From Felis catus (Eukaryota), in assembly GCF_018350175.1 (NCBI RefSeq), contig NC_058368.1:37202001-37266000 (forward strand): a DNA stretch of 64,000 nt. Reading direction: 5' to 3'. A program made the translations under genes and the position numbers. Under the pieces are notes generated by a model that was given only the letters and a program-made list of their open reading frames with translations, ran no database searches and had not been told where the DNA came from. Shown here one piece after another: positions 41,050 to 52,620 of this stretch (position 1 is its first letter; every line of letters starts with the position of its first letter).

Positions 41050-41214
41050 GTTGGTCAGGGAAAAGGGCAGGAGGCGAACTCAATGTGGGGAATGGAGCTG
41101 GAGAAGAATTCAGATATTGGCAGCAGCTGTGAGGACAGCATGTTGGAGGTGGACCATCCTCATATGTAGGCCTTCCTGACTGGATGAACAACAGTGCTAT
41201 CCGAGGGAAGCCGG
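41050..41214 (-). pseudogene. EBLL: Endogenous bornavirus-like L polymerase N-terminal fragment (EBLL), overlapping the end of G
   Basis: After CCCAG| (AG at 41216-41215 on minus) a second frame reads (S)RLPSDSTVVHPV, then EGLH..LQHAVL, SSSIPH (41085-41102) and VRLL (41068-41079). The recalled BDV L sequence is SLLREEETPRPVAGIN..LKNPLL..SSSLPHHVRAL. Confidence 0.65.
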
Positions 41215-42170
41215 CTGGGTGGGGGATCACACATTGCCGTGGCAGAACCAAGTGGGCCACCAGCAGCAGGAGCTGGACATCATTAAGCCCAACGGGTTTT
41301 GTAAAGTCCTGCTGTGGGGCAGAAGGCTAAGGCCTTGAAGGCACAGCATAGTTTCAAACACCCAGATGCTTCTGATATAGATTTGATGCATTGTGGAGGG
41401 CTAAGTCATCATGATCCTATCCTCTGATGTCCTGCCTGCTCAAGATCAGTGGAGTCAGTTGAGGCATATCCTGTGGATGTTGGCCTGGTTGAAGGTATTT
41501 TGGTAGTTAATAATCAAGACATCCCACACATGTTTCACCTGTACCTCTCAGTTGACACTGATTCCCATATCAGTGAGCCTTGAGAGTTTTTCAGAATGTG
41601 CATCTAGGGAAGATTAGGGTTAGAAAAGGACTTGGTTATAGTAGAGGATACAACCTTTATCATATCATCCTTCAAGGGGGTTCTGTCTGTCCACAAGAAG
41701 TTTGTGTTGTGAGATCCCTCTAGGGGTTGAGCGTATTGTTGCTCTCACCTTGAACGGGCTACACTTCCAAGACCTTCTGAATGGCAAAATCAGCAAATGG
41801 CATTGAGGAAGGTTCCATTGGTAGAGCAACAAAAGGACATTTTCTGAGCCAGGAGACATTCTTGGATACTTTTGGAAATAATCCTTGAACTCCAGCAGCA
41901 GACTCCATGAGGCAGGTCCTAATAATGATACATGTGTACAATGGTGGGGTCTGAAGTTGCCTTTTCTGATCCTAAGAATACAACCACAACATCCTTTCAT
42001 TATATATTACAAGGGGGCAGTAGGATAAGGTTGTTACACATATATGAATGGAAAACAGTATATTTTATTGAAATTCAAATGTATAGGTTATTGAAATTGC
42101 ATTCCTAATATTTGTATCTACTACTTGATATTTCAAGAGTTTTAAAAATCTCTCTACTGAGAAAAGCCAT
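41170..42170 (-). pseudogene. EBLG: Endogenous bornavirus-like glycoprotein element (EBLG), decayed with frameshifts and stops
   Basis: Minus-strand peptides are collinear with Borna disease virus G as I recall it. AFLS 42156-42167 (AMLS); LKYQVV 42119-42136 (LQSEVV); CVTTLSYCP 42014-42040 (CANYTSSCRP); SLLL 41893-41904 then GVQG (SLLLGVFG); SWL 41846-41854; NGT 41811-41819 then C (NG......C); PV..LN..LTTQT..PLKDDM ~41660-41758 (PV..LN..LQTNT..PGLKRVM); NPLG 41287-41298; hydrophobic LLLLVAHLVL; CVIPHPAGFPR 41201-41233 (CVSLPASFAR). The core is GC-richer than the flanks and resembles no TE I recognise. The part above ~42050 is weaker. Confidence 0.75.
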
Positions 42171-42769
42171 AAAATAGACGTAAAAGTTTTTTTATGGCTT
42201 TTAAACACTTTATTGTTTTAGGTTAAAATAGACTTTTTTCTAAAATATGATTTCACTTTAAAATGAATTATATACACATACCTAATTAAATGCATTTTAT
42301 TTGAGGAGTAAGTCACTTTTTAAGAAAAGAAAATGATGAATATATTATATATATTTCTTTAGCACAGGTGAATAAATTTTTTTATATTTTGGAAAGAAGA
42401 GTCTGTGATTAATGGAGATATTTTTATTCATATTTATTTATTTGTTTTTTAAAGGTTTTGTGTGGACACGTGGTGTTTTGTTTTGTTTTTGTTTCTGTTT
42501 TAATGTATTTATTTTATAATTTATGTCCAAATTAGTTAGTATAGAGTGCAAGAATGATTCCAGGAGCAGATTCCTTAATGCCCCTTTCCCATTTAGCCCA
42601 TCCCCTCTCCCACAACTGCTCCAGCAACCCTCTGTTGTCTGTATTGAAGAGTGTCTTATGTTTTGTCCCCCTTCCTGTTTTTATATTACTTTTGCTTCCC
42701 TTCCCTATGTTCATCTGTTTTGTATCTTAAATTCCTCATATGAGTGAAGTCATATGATATTAGTCTTTC

Positions 42770-42867
42770 TCTGACTAATTTTGCTTAGCATAATACCCTC
42801 TAGTTCCATCCACATAGTTGCAAATGGCAAGATTTCATTCTTTTTGATTGCCAAGTAATACTCCAAG

Positions 42868-42920
<53 letters not shown>

Positions 42921-45900
42921 ACTTCTTCTTTATCCATTCATCTGTCTATGGGCATTTTGGCTCTTTCCATACTTTGGCTATTGTTGATAGCGCTGCTATA
43001 AACATGGGAGTGCATGTGTTCCTTCCAAACAGCACAACTGTATCCCGTGGATAAATGCCTATAGTGCAATTGCTGAGTTGTAGGGTAGTTCTATTTTTAG
43101 TTTTTTGAGGAACATCCATATTGTTTTCCAGACTGGCTGCACCAGTTTGCATTCCCACCAGCAGTGCAAAAGAGATCCTCTTTCTCCGCATCCTCACCAA
43201 CATCTGTTGTTGCCTGAGTTGTTAATGTTAACCATTCTGAAAGGTGTGAGGTGTTATCTCATTGTAATTTTGATTTGTATTTCCCTGATGATGAGTGATG
43301 TGGAGCATTTTTTCATGTGTCGGTTGGCCATCTGGATGTCTTCTTTGGAGAAGTGTCTATTCATGTCTTTTGCCCATTTCTTCACTGGATTATTTGGTTT
43401 TTGGATGTTGAGATTGGTAAATTCTTTATAGATTTTGGATACCAACCCTTTATCTGATATGTTGTTTGCAAATATCTTATCCCATTCTGTTTGTTGACTT
43501 TTAGTTTTGCTAATTGTTTCCTTTGCTGTTCAGAAGCTTTTCATTTTGATGAGGTCCTACTGGTTCATTTTTGCTTTTGTTTCCCCTGCCTCCAGAGACG
43601 TGTTGACTAAGAAGTTGCTGTGGCCAAGATTAAAGAGGATTTTGCCTGCTTTCTTCTTGAGGATTTTGATGGCTTTCTGTCTTACATTGAGGTATTTAAA
43701 CCATTTTGAGTTTATTTTCATGTATGGTGTAAGAAAGTGGTCCATGTTCATTCTTCTGCATGTCACTGTCCAGTTTTCCCAGCACCACTTGCTGAAGAGA
43801 ATGTCTTTATTCCATTGGATATTCTTTCCTGCTTTGTCAAAGATTAGTTGGCCATACTTTTGTGGGTCCATTTCTGCGTTCTCTATTCTGTTCCATTGAT
43901 CTGAGTGTCTGTTTTTGTGCCAGTACCATACTGTCTTCATGATCACAACTTTGTAATACAGCTTGAAGTCCAGGATTGTGATGCCTCCTGCTTTGGTTTT
44001 CTTTTTCAAGATTGCTTTGGCTATTCGGGGTCTTTTCTGGTTTCATACAAATTTTAGGATTATTTTTTCTAGGTCTGTGAAGAATGCTGGTGTTATTTTG
44101 ATAGGGATTGCATTGAATATGTAGATTGCTTTGGGTAGTATTGACATTTTAACAATATTTGTTCTTCCTATCCAGGAGCATGGAATCTTTTTTCCATTTT
44201 TTTTGTGTCTTCTTTAATTTCTTTCATAAGCTTTCTATAGTTTTCAGTGTATAGATTTTTCACCTCCTTTGCTAGATTTATTCCTAGGTATTTTATGGTT
44301 TTTTGTGCAACTGTAAATGGGATCAATTCCTTAATTTCTCTTTCTGTCGCTTCATTGTTGGTGTATAGGAATGCAACTAATTTCTGTACGTTGATTTTAC
44401 ATCCTGCAACTTTGCTGAATTCATGAATCAGTTCTAGCGGTTTTTTGGTGGAATCTTTTGGGTTTTCTATATAGAGTATCATGTCATCTGCGAAGAGTGA
44501 AAGTTTGACCTCCTCCTGGCCAATTTGGATGCCTTTTATTTCTTTTTGTTTTCTGAATGCAGAGGCTAAGACTTCCAATAATACGTTGAATAACAGTGGC
44601 GAGAGTGAACATCCCTGTCTTGTTCCTGACCTTAAGGGGAAAGCTGTCAGTTTTTCCCCATTGAGGATGATATTAGCATTGGGTCATTCATATATGGCTT
44701 TTATGATCTCAAGGTATGCTCCTCTATCCCTACTTTCTTGAGGGTTTTTATCAAAAAAGGATGCTGTACTTTGTCAAATGTTTTCTCTGCCTCTACTTAG
44801 AGTATCATATAGTTCTTGTATCTTTTTTTATTGATGTGATGAATCACATTAATTGTTTTGCGGATATTGAACCAGCCCTGCATCCCAGGTATAAATCCCA
44901 CTTGGTCGTGGTGAATAATTTTTTAATGTATTGTTGGGTCCGGTTGGCTAATATCTTGTTGAGGATTTTGCATCCATATTCATCAGGGAAATTGGTCTAT
45001 AGTTCTCTTTTATAGCGGGGTCTCTGTCTGGTTTTGGAATCAAGATAATGCTGGCTTCACAGAAAAAATTTGGAAGTTTTCCTTCCATTTCTATTTATTG
45101 GAATAGTTTCAAGAGAATAGGTGTTAACTCTTCCTTAAATGTTTGGTAGAATTCCCCGGAAAGCCATCTGGCCCTGGACTCTTGTTTTTTGGGAGATTTT
45201 TAGTTACTAATTCAATTTCTTTACTGGTTATGGGTCTGTTCAAATTTTCTATTTCTTCCTGTTTCAGTTTTGGTAGTGTATATGTTTCTAGGAATTTGTC
45301 CATTTCTTCCAGATTGCCCATTTTATTGGCATAGAATTGCTCATAATATTTTCTTATTATTGTTTTTATTTCTGTTGTGTTGGTTGTGATCTTTCCTCTT
45401 TCATTCTTGATTTTATTTATTTGGGCCCTTTCCTTTTTCTTTTTGATCAAACTGGCTAGTGGTTTATCAATTTTGTTAATTCTTTCAAAGAACCAGCTTC
45501 TGGTTTCATTGATCTGTTCTACTGGGTTTTTTTTTTTTTTTTTTTTTTTTTGGTTTTGATAGCATTAATTCCTGCTCTAATCTTTATTATTTCCTGTCTT
45601 CTGCTGGTTTGGGGTTTTATTTGCTGTTCTTTTTCCAGCTCTTTAAGACGTTAGGTTAGGTTGTGTATCTGAGATCTTTCTTCCTTCTTTAGGAAGGCCT
45701 GGATTGCTATATACTTTCCTCTTATGACCACCTTTGCTGCATCCCAGAGGTTTTGGGTTGTGGTGTTATCCTTTTCATTGACTTCCATATACTTTTTAAT
45801 TTCCTCTTCAACTGCTTGGTTAGCCCATTCATTCTTTAGTAGGATGTTCTTCAGTCTCCAAGTATTTGTTACTTTTCCACATTTTTTCGTGTGGTTGATT

Positions 45901-46587
45901 TCATAGTATTGTGATCTGAAAATATGCACAGTATGATCTCGATCTTTTTGTACTTGCTGAGGGCTGATTTGTGTCCCAGTATGTGGTCTATTCTGGAGAA
46001 CGTTCCATGTGCACTGGAGAAGAATGTATATTCTGCTGCTTTAGGCTGAAATGTTCTGAATATATTAAGTCCATCTGGTCCAGTGTGTCATTCAAAGCCA
46101 TTGTTTCCTTGTTGATTTTTTGATTAGATGATTTGTCCATTGCTGTGAGTGGGGTGTTGAAGTCTCCTACTATTATGGTATTACTATCGATGAGTTTCTT
46201 TATGTTTGTGATTAATTGATTTATATATTTGGGCGCTCTCACATTTGGTGCATAAATATTTACGATTGTTAGGTCTTCTTGGTGGATAGACCCCTTGATT
46301 ATGATATAATGCCCTTCTGCATCTCTTGATACAGTCTTTATTTTAAAGTCTAGATTGTCTGATAATAAGTATGGCTACTCCGACTTTCTTTTGTTGACTG
46401 TTAGCATGATAGATGGTTCTCCATCCCCTTATTTTCAATTTGAAGGTGTCTTTATGTCTAAAGTGGGTCTCTTGTAAACAGCATATAGATGGATCTTGTT
46501 TTCTTATGTTACCCTATGTCTTTTGATAGGAGCATTGAGTCCATTGACGTTTAGAGTGAGTACTGAAAGATATGAATTTATTGCCAT
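42770..46587 (-). pseudogene. L1 ORF2, disrupted
   Basis: MAINSYLSVLTLNVNGLNAP start; [21 protein letters not shown] and HMKKCSTSL motifs. Many stops and frameshifts. Confidence 0.95.
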
Positions 46588-46699
46588 TATGATGATTGTA
46601 GAGTTGAAGTTTCTGGTGGCGTTCTCTGGTCCTTTCTAATCTTTGTTGCTTTTGGTATATATATATATATATTTTTTTTTTTTTCCATCTTTTCTGCCC

Positions 46700-47575
46700 T
46701 CAGAGAGTCCCCCTTAAAATTTCTTGCAGGGCTGGTTTAGTGGTCACAAATTCCTTTAATTTTGTTTGTCTGGGAAACTTTTTATCTCTCCTTCTATTTT
46801 GAATGACAGCCTTGCTGGATAAAGAATTCTTGGCTGCATACTTTTCTGATTCAGCACACTGAATATATCCCTCCACTCCTTTGTGGCCTGCCAAGTTTCT
46901 GTGGATGGGTCTGCTGCAAACCTCATCTGTCTTCCCTTGTAGGTTAGGGACTTTTTTTCCCTTGCTGCTTTCATGATTCTCTCCTTGCCTGAGTATTTTG
47001 TGAATTTGATTATGATATGCCTTGTTGATGGTCGTTTTTTGTTGAATCTAATGGGGGTCCTCTGTGCTTCCTGGATTTTGATGTCAGTGTCTTTCCTAAG
47101 TTAGGAAAGTTTTCTGCTCTGATTTGCTCACATAACCCTTCTACCCCTATTTCTCTCTCTTCTTCTTGGACCCCTATGATTCTGATGTTCCTTTTTAATG
47201 AGTCACTGATTTCTCTAATTCTTAAATTGTGCTCTTTTGCCTTAATCTCCCTCTTTTTTTTTTCTGCTTCATTATTCTCTATGAGTTTGTCCTCTTGTAT
47301 CACTGATTCTCTGTTCTGCTTCATCCATCCTTGCCGCTGCTGCATCCATCCATGATTGCAACTCAGTTATAGCATTCTTAATTTCATTCTGGCTACTTTT
47401 TACTTCTTTTATCTCAGCAGAAAGGGATTCTAATCTATTTTCGACTCCAGCTTGTATTCTTATTATTGTGATTCTAAATTCTGGTTGAGACATCTTGCTT
47501 GTATCTGTGTTGGTTAAATCCCTGGCTGTTGTTTCTTCGTGCTCTTTATTTGGGGTGAATTCCTTTGTTTTTCAT
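46700..47575 (-). pseudogene. L1 ORF1p, disrupted
   Basis: NIRIIGV, QPRILYPARLSF and TTKPALQEIL motifs. Frameshifted. Confidence 0.93.
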
Positions 47576-47769
47576 TTTGAAGGGAGAAAAGGAATTAATG
47601 AGGTAGAAAAATTGAAATTAAAAGAAAATAAAATTTAAAAAATATTAAAATTAAAAATTAATTTTTAATTACATACAAAAATTGAATAGATGATGCTAGA
47701 TCCTAGATGTCTTTTGGTCTGGGTGTTGAAAGAGGTTTGACAGATTAGAGAAAAAAAGGGGGGGGGAGA

Positions 47770-48465
47770 GGAAATCGTTGGAGAATTTGAAAAAATGAAT
47801 ACACTGAAGTAGACTAAAATGAGATGATGGGGGTAAAATAGAATTTTAAAAATATATACAAAATTAAGAATATAGTAGAAAAAAGTAAAGAAAAATATTT
47901 TTAAGAAAAATTAAAAATAAATATGATTTTTTTTCTTTTTCTGTATTCAAGAAAAAAGAAAAGAAATGAAAAAGAAGAAAAAAGGTTAAAAAAAGAGAAA
48001 AGAAAAAAGGAAATCGTTTGAAAATTTGAAAAAGTGAATACACTGTAGTAGACCAAAATAAAATGATGGAAGTAAAATAGAATTTGAAAAAAAAATACAT
48101 AAAAGCAAAAAATATAGTGAACAAATTAAATAAAAATATTTTTAATAGAAATTGAAAGTAAAAATGAAGTTTTTCTCTTTCTGCATTAAGAAAAAGAAAA
48201 GAAACTAAAAAGAGAAAAAAGAAAAAGAAAGAAAAAGAAAGGAAATTGTTTGAAAATTTGAAAAGGTGAATATACTCAAGTAGACTAAAATAAAATGATG
48301 GAAGTAAAATAGAGTTTGAAAAAAATTACACAAAAGTAAAAAATATGGTAATATAAATTAAAGAAAAAAAATTTTAATAATAGAAAATAAAAATGAAATT
48401 TTTCTTTCTGTATTCTAGAAAAAGAAAAGAAGTGTAAAAGAGAAAAAGAAAAAAAAAGAAAATTG
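47770..48465. repeat. AT-rich tandem repeat, ~235-bp unit x3, in the L1 5' UTR
   Basis: The unit start GAAATCGTT/GAAATTGTT..GTAGAC recurs at 47771, 48010 and 48242. Confidence 0.9.
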
Positions 48466-48637
48466 AATAGATGAACCTGCTAACAGATTGAAGTAGGACT
48501 GAAATTACTTCATTTTCCCCTAGAAGTCAGTCTATGTAGCGCTTTATAGTCCATAAGCTAAGCAGGCGTTGAGACTTGTGTTCTTGAAGAGTGAAGTTGG
48601 CCCAGTTGGGAGGTGCTCAGTGTAACAACTCCGCTCT

Positions 48638-48726
48638 CCACTAGATGGCGCTGCTTACCTACTGGGGTGGATTGTTGCGGCGCTGGAAGGTGCATATGCG
48701 CATGCGCGGGTGTGGTGAAAATGGCG
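48638..48726 (+). promoter_or_regulatory. CTCF + NRF1 + YY1 motif cluster in L1 5' UTR
   Basis: CCACTAGATGGCGCT 48638-48652; TGCGCATGCGC 48697-48707; AAAATGGCG 48718-48726. Motif matches only. Confidence 0.5.
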
Positions 48727-50379
48727 CCACCCAGCTACCCAGTCTGTTCTCCCAGATTAGCAGTCACGCACCCGTTCTCTATCTTCAGCCTTTGTCCATT
48801 CCCTGCTTTTTCACTGTCCGTGACCAGGCCCCAGGCAGTATCTCTCTCCCGAGTTTTGTCTTAGATGCGGCTGTTTTTCCCAGCCCCTTACTTCTGGAGG
48901 ACTGCGGCTTTGACCCATTCTGCCCCTCTGTGGGAGGGTCTCACCCAGCAATGACCGAATGTCAGCTGCACCCAGGAACGCTTGCTGGACCCTGCTGCTG
49001 CTGGTGCCCCGAGACCATGGCCAGGTGCCACCCCGCCCCAGAAAAAGTTCGCGAGATAGTGTAGCAGCAGCGTTTCAGGGATTATGGAAAATCACAACAC
49101 ACATCTGGCACCAGGCTTCACCCTTAACGACCTTGTTCCAGCACCAGCGAATGTGGCCATTTTCTGCGGTCTGCTGGGACCAGGTGGCTTCAACAGTCTC
49201 TACTGAATGTCCTTCCAGCAGTGGAACAGCTTTTCCCCGTGTGGCCCGAGAACCTCCTGGACCCCACTCCGTTCCTGGGGATTCACCTTTCCCACCAGAG
49301 CACTGCCAGGTATCGAGCTGTGGAGTTGCAGCCTTTGCGCTCCCCTTGTTTTCAGTTTTAATAGAATTTAAACCCTCTCCTTTCTCCTTTCTCCCTTTTT
49401 AGTTTAGTCCCTGCGGCTGTTCCCAATTTTCCACTTTCTCTCCAGCTGCTTTTGGGGAGGGATATTTTTCCTGTATTCTCCCCCTCTCCCCAGTCTCTGT
49501 CCTCTCTCCACCTGTAAAAGCGGTTCCCTACCCTCCACGGCTTTTCACTCCCCAAATTCACCTTTCTGTGCCTCGTACCCGTTGAATTCTGTGGTTCAGA
49601 TTGTGCAGATTGTTGTGTTACTCCTCCAATCAGTTTTCTAGGTGTGTAGGATGGTTTAGTGTTGGCCTGGCTGTATTTCATGGACGCGAGACACACAAAA
49701 AACTTCCATGCTGTTCCGCCATCTTGGCTCCTCTGAAAAAGTTTTTTATGTTTGCGCCAAGAAGGGAGCAAATATATATATATATTTGGAAAAATTCAGG
49801 AAACTATAGAGGCTTTGTTAGTGTGACTGGGATGATCTAAACCAGCTTCTTAGATGTTTATGACAGTGAAAGCAAAGTTAGTTTATTTTGTACATGGTCT
49901 GATTCACACTCACATAGAAAAACAAAAGTGTGAAGAGAATAGTTTCCTTTATTGCATGTTATATTCTCTAATATTTTCCCCTTTATTATATTTTATAACA
50001 AAAAATTAGCTGTAACCCATAAAGCTGATGTCATTACCCAGTAATGGGTCATGTTGTCCAGTTATAAAAACAGTGATCAAACAGGAACCATATAGAAATC
50101 ACACTTGGTCTATGTTGTTCTGGTTATTTTCCTCCTACATAATGGTCATTTCCAAAAAAACAAGCCTTTTGAATTACTTCCAGCAAAACTTCATGGAAAC
50201 TTCTGTTTTCCTTCTCTGATACAAATCACTGCAATTATATGAGGTATGATATTATTTGAGCTCCTTTGGCTGATTTCTAAAATATAACTGTACAAACTGA
50301 CTTACATTTGTGACACTTCCTCAGAAAGAATCAATAAATAACTACCTAACATTTAGGAGAAAAAGAAAGAAAAAATTAC

Positions 50380-52040
50380 TTCCAAACAATTAAATGTGGT
50401 GCCTTATCTAGGCAAAAAAGTAGCGGTAGAGGACATCATTGGGATAAGTGGCAAATTTCAAGTAGTTAATGTGAATTACATAGCAGTACTGCATCCAAAT
50501 TAGATTTCCCGATTATGAGAATTCTGTAGTGGTTATATAAGAGAATGTCTTTGTTCTTGGAAAATATATATTGAAGTATTTCAGGATAAAGGTGTAGTAT
50601 GTCTGCAATTTCCTCTCCAATCGCTAATGATTCAGAAAAAAAAAGTACGAGGATGTGCGCATGTTGAGAAAGAGAATCATGAAAAGATAAACAGATAGGC
50701 AAAAGGGTAACACTTGTTGAATCTGGCTGACAGATGCCAGATTTATACCATTCTTCATACCATTCACACAATTTTAATATATTTTTGAATTATATCAAAG
50801 TAAAAATCTAAAAAGAAATAAATATACTTCTAAAAAACCTATGGTTCATGGATGAAATCATAATGGAAATTAAAAAATGTTTTGATCTGAATGATAAAAA
50901 TGGTGCTAGGCATGTAGGTAAAAAAAGAACATAGGAGGGGATTTTCAGCCTTAAATGCATAGCTTTAAATAGCCATCTCAAGATGTTGGAAAAAAAAATT
51001 CACCCTCCCCAAGAAGACACAATTGAAAGAAAAAAATAATAAAGAATAGAAATTAATAAAATAGAACACAAACAATATGGCGGACCAACAATTCCAAAAG
51101 TTGCTTTTTTGAGAAGTCAAATTAAATTGACAAAACTTCTGGCAAGATTCATCTAGTGAGAAAGAGAAGACAACAATAATCGAGTCAGAAATAAAGCGGG
51201 TTATAACTGGAGGTGGTGCAGACTTAGATATATAGGAAGAGCCAAGGGTTTTCATGAAAAGCTCTTCAAAGCATTAAATTTAAAAAAGTATATCTAAGTT
51301 TTCTTTACTGCAGGGATGTTTGTTTGTCTTTTAGCTTATTTATTTTGAGAGAGAGAAAGACAGGGAGGGGCACAGAGAGAGAATCCCAAACTGACTCGAT
51401 ACTGTCAGTGCAGAGCCCAGCACGGGGCTCAAACTCAACAACTGTGAGATCATGATCTGGGCTGAAATCAAGAGTTGGATGGTTAACCAACTGAGCCACC
51501 CAGGAACCCCTACTGGAGGCAATTTGGAAAAAATAGTCCTGAGTGTATTTTATGAGGCTTGTAAGCATTGCATTTCAAAATTTAACAATAGTACCATAAT
51601 AAAGAAGATCAAACACATTTGTGAACATGGATACATAAATCCTAAATAAATTACTAGAGGAATGAATGCAGCTATATATAGAAGCACTCTGTATAATTAG
51701 CAACTTGGGTTATCCAAGGAATCAAAGAAAACTTCCTCAATCTGATGAAGGGTATCTACGAATTACCTACTGCATTAGTAATTTGAAATCTTTCCTTTTG
51801 AGATCAGGAACTAGATAAGTTGTCTACTATCGCCATTTCTATGTGACATTTTCCTAGAGGAGGTCTTAGTCTGGACAGGGAGGTAAGAAAAAAAAAACGT
51901 TGAAGAAAGAAACATACTGTCATCAGTATGACATGATCGTATGAGCAACCCAAGAAAATAATAAAGTTAATATGAAGGCTTAGCAAAGTTTCTAGAAACA
52001 AAATAAATACAAATAATCAATTGTAGTTCTAAATATAAAA
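50380..52040 (+). mobile_element. Ancient L1 fragments (3' UTR piece then ORF2 pieces)
   Basis: GGTTATATAAGAGAATGTCTTTGTTCTTGGAAAA 3' UTR motif; A-rich ORF2-like motifs such as AAATTGACAAAACTTCTGGCAAGATT. Confidence 0.65.
51325..51510 (-). mobile_element. Can-SINE
   Basis: Ends CTGAGCCACCCAGGAACCCC. Confidence 0.93.
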
Positions 52041-52137
52041 TAATCAGTTTTACTTATAAATATAAAGAGATGGACAGATGGACACAGAAGGAACACATTT
52101 TACTGCCCCTGACTGATGGCACCCTTCGAGAAGAGTG

Positions 52138-52355
52138 TTTTTTATTTAAGATTATTTACTTATTTTGAGAGAGACAGAGAGAGCATGTGAGCAGGGGAGG
52201 GACAGAAAGAGAGAGGGAGATACAGAATCCCAAGCAGGTTCCGTAATGCTAGCACAGAACCCAACACGGGGCTTGATCTCACAAACCCTGAGATCATGAC
52301 CTGAGCGGAAATCAAGAGTCAGATGCTTAACTGACTCAGCCACTCAGGCATTCCC
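52138..52355 (-). mobile_element. Can-SINE
   Basis: Typical structure with AGAAGAGTG/AGAGGAGTG flanks. Confidence 0.93.
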
Positions 52356-52359
52356 AGAG

Positions 52360-52620
52360 GAGTGGCTTTATTTTGTATCTCCTTCCTCCTACCCTGCAGA
52401 GGTATTAGAAGCTGGAGCAGCCACCTTAGCCCACAAGATGAAAGGTGTACTTTAGAAATGACAGAGAGCCTAGATGGGAAGGATATGGTCTCCTGAAACC
52501 ATGAAACCACCATTTATCATCTGTCTATTATGAGAAAGATATCTCCATTTGTATCTTTTTTAAGCCAGAACTATTTTGTACTTTGCTACAGGAGCAAACC
52601 CAGTATTATAGTTAATATAG
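52360..52620 (+). mobile_element. MaLR LTR (MLT1-like) 3' part
   Basis: CTGGAGCAGCCACCTT, TGAGAAAGA..TTTAAGCCA motifs. Confidence 0.65.

Larger units (their letters stand above)
42490..49735 (-). mobile_element. Full-length decayed LINE-1 (~7.2 kb, carnivore/felid family with long 5' UTR)
   Basis: 5' end AAGATGGCGG at 49716-49725, then ORF1, ORF2, 3' UTR and a T-rich tail on the plus strand. Confidence 0.97.

Noticed and set aside
41160..42000. NUP93 processed pseudogene (EFKDYFQKY..SPGSEN, GISVN..IHR resemblances)
   Set aside because: The implied nucleotide divergence is too high for a mammalian retrocopy and the matches map to conflicting parts of NUP93. Bornavirus G+L explains more motifs, in order.
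41160..42000. Bornavirus nucleoprotein (EBLN) or ferritin pseudogene
   Set aside because: Only scattered short matches with inconsistent spacing.
41665..42000. 111-aa ORF as a functional protein
   Set aside because: It follows the G-like frame only in patches, so it is a chance open frame within the decayed element.
47770..48465. CRISPR-like array
   Set aside because: Mammalian DNA, and the units are contiguous tandem repeats without unique spacers.
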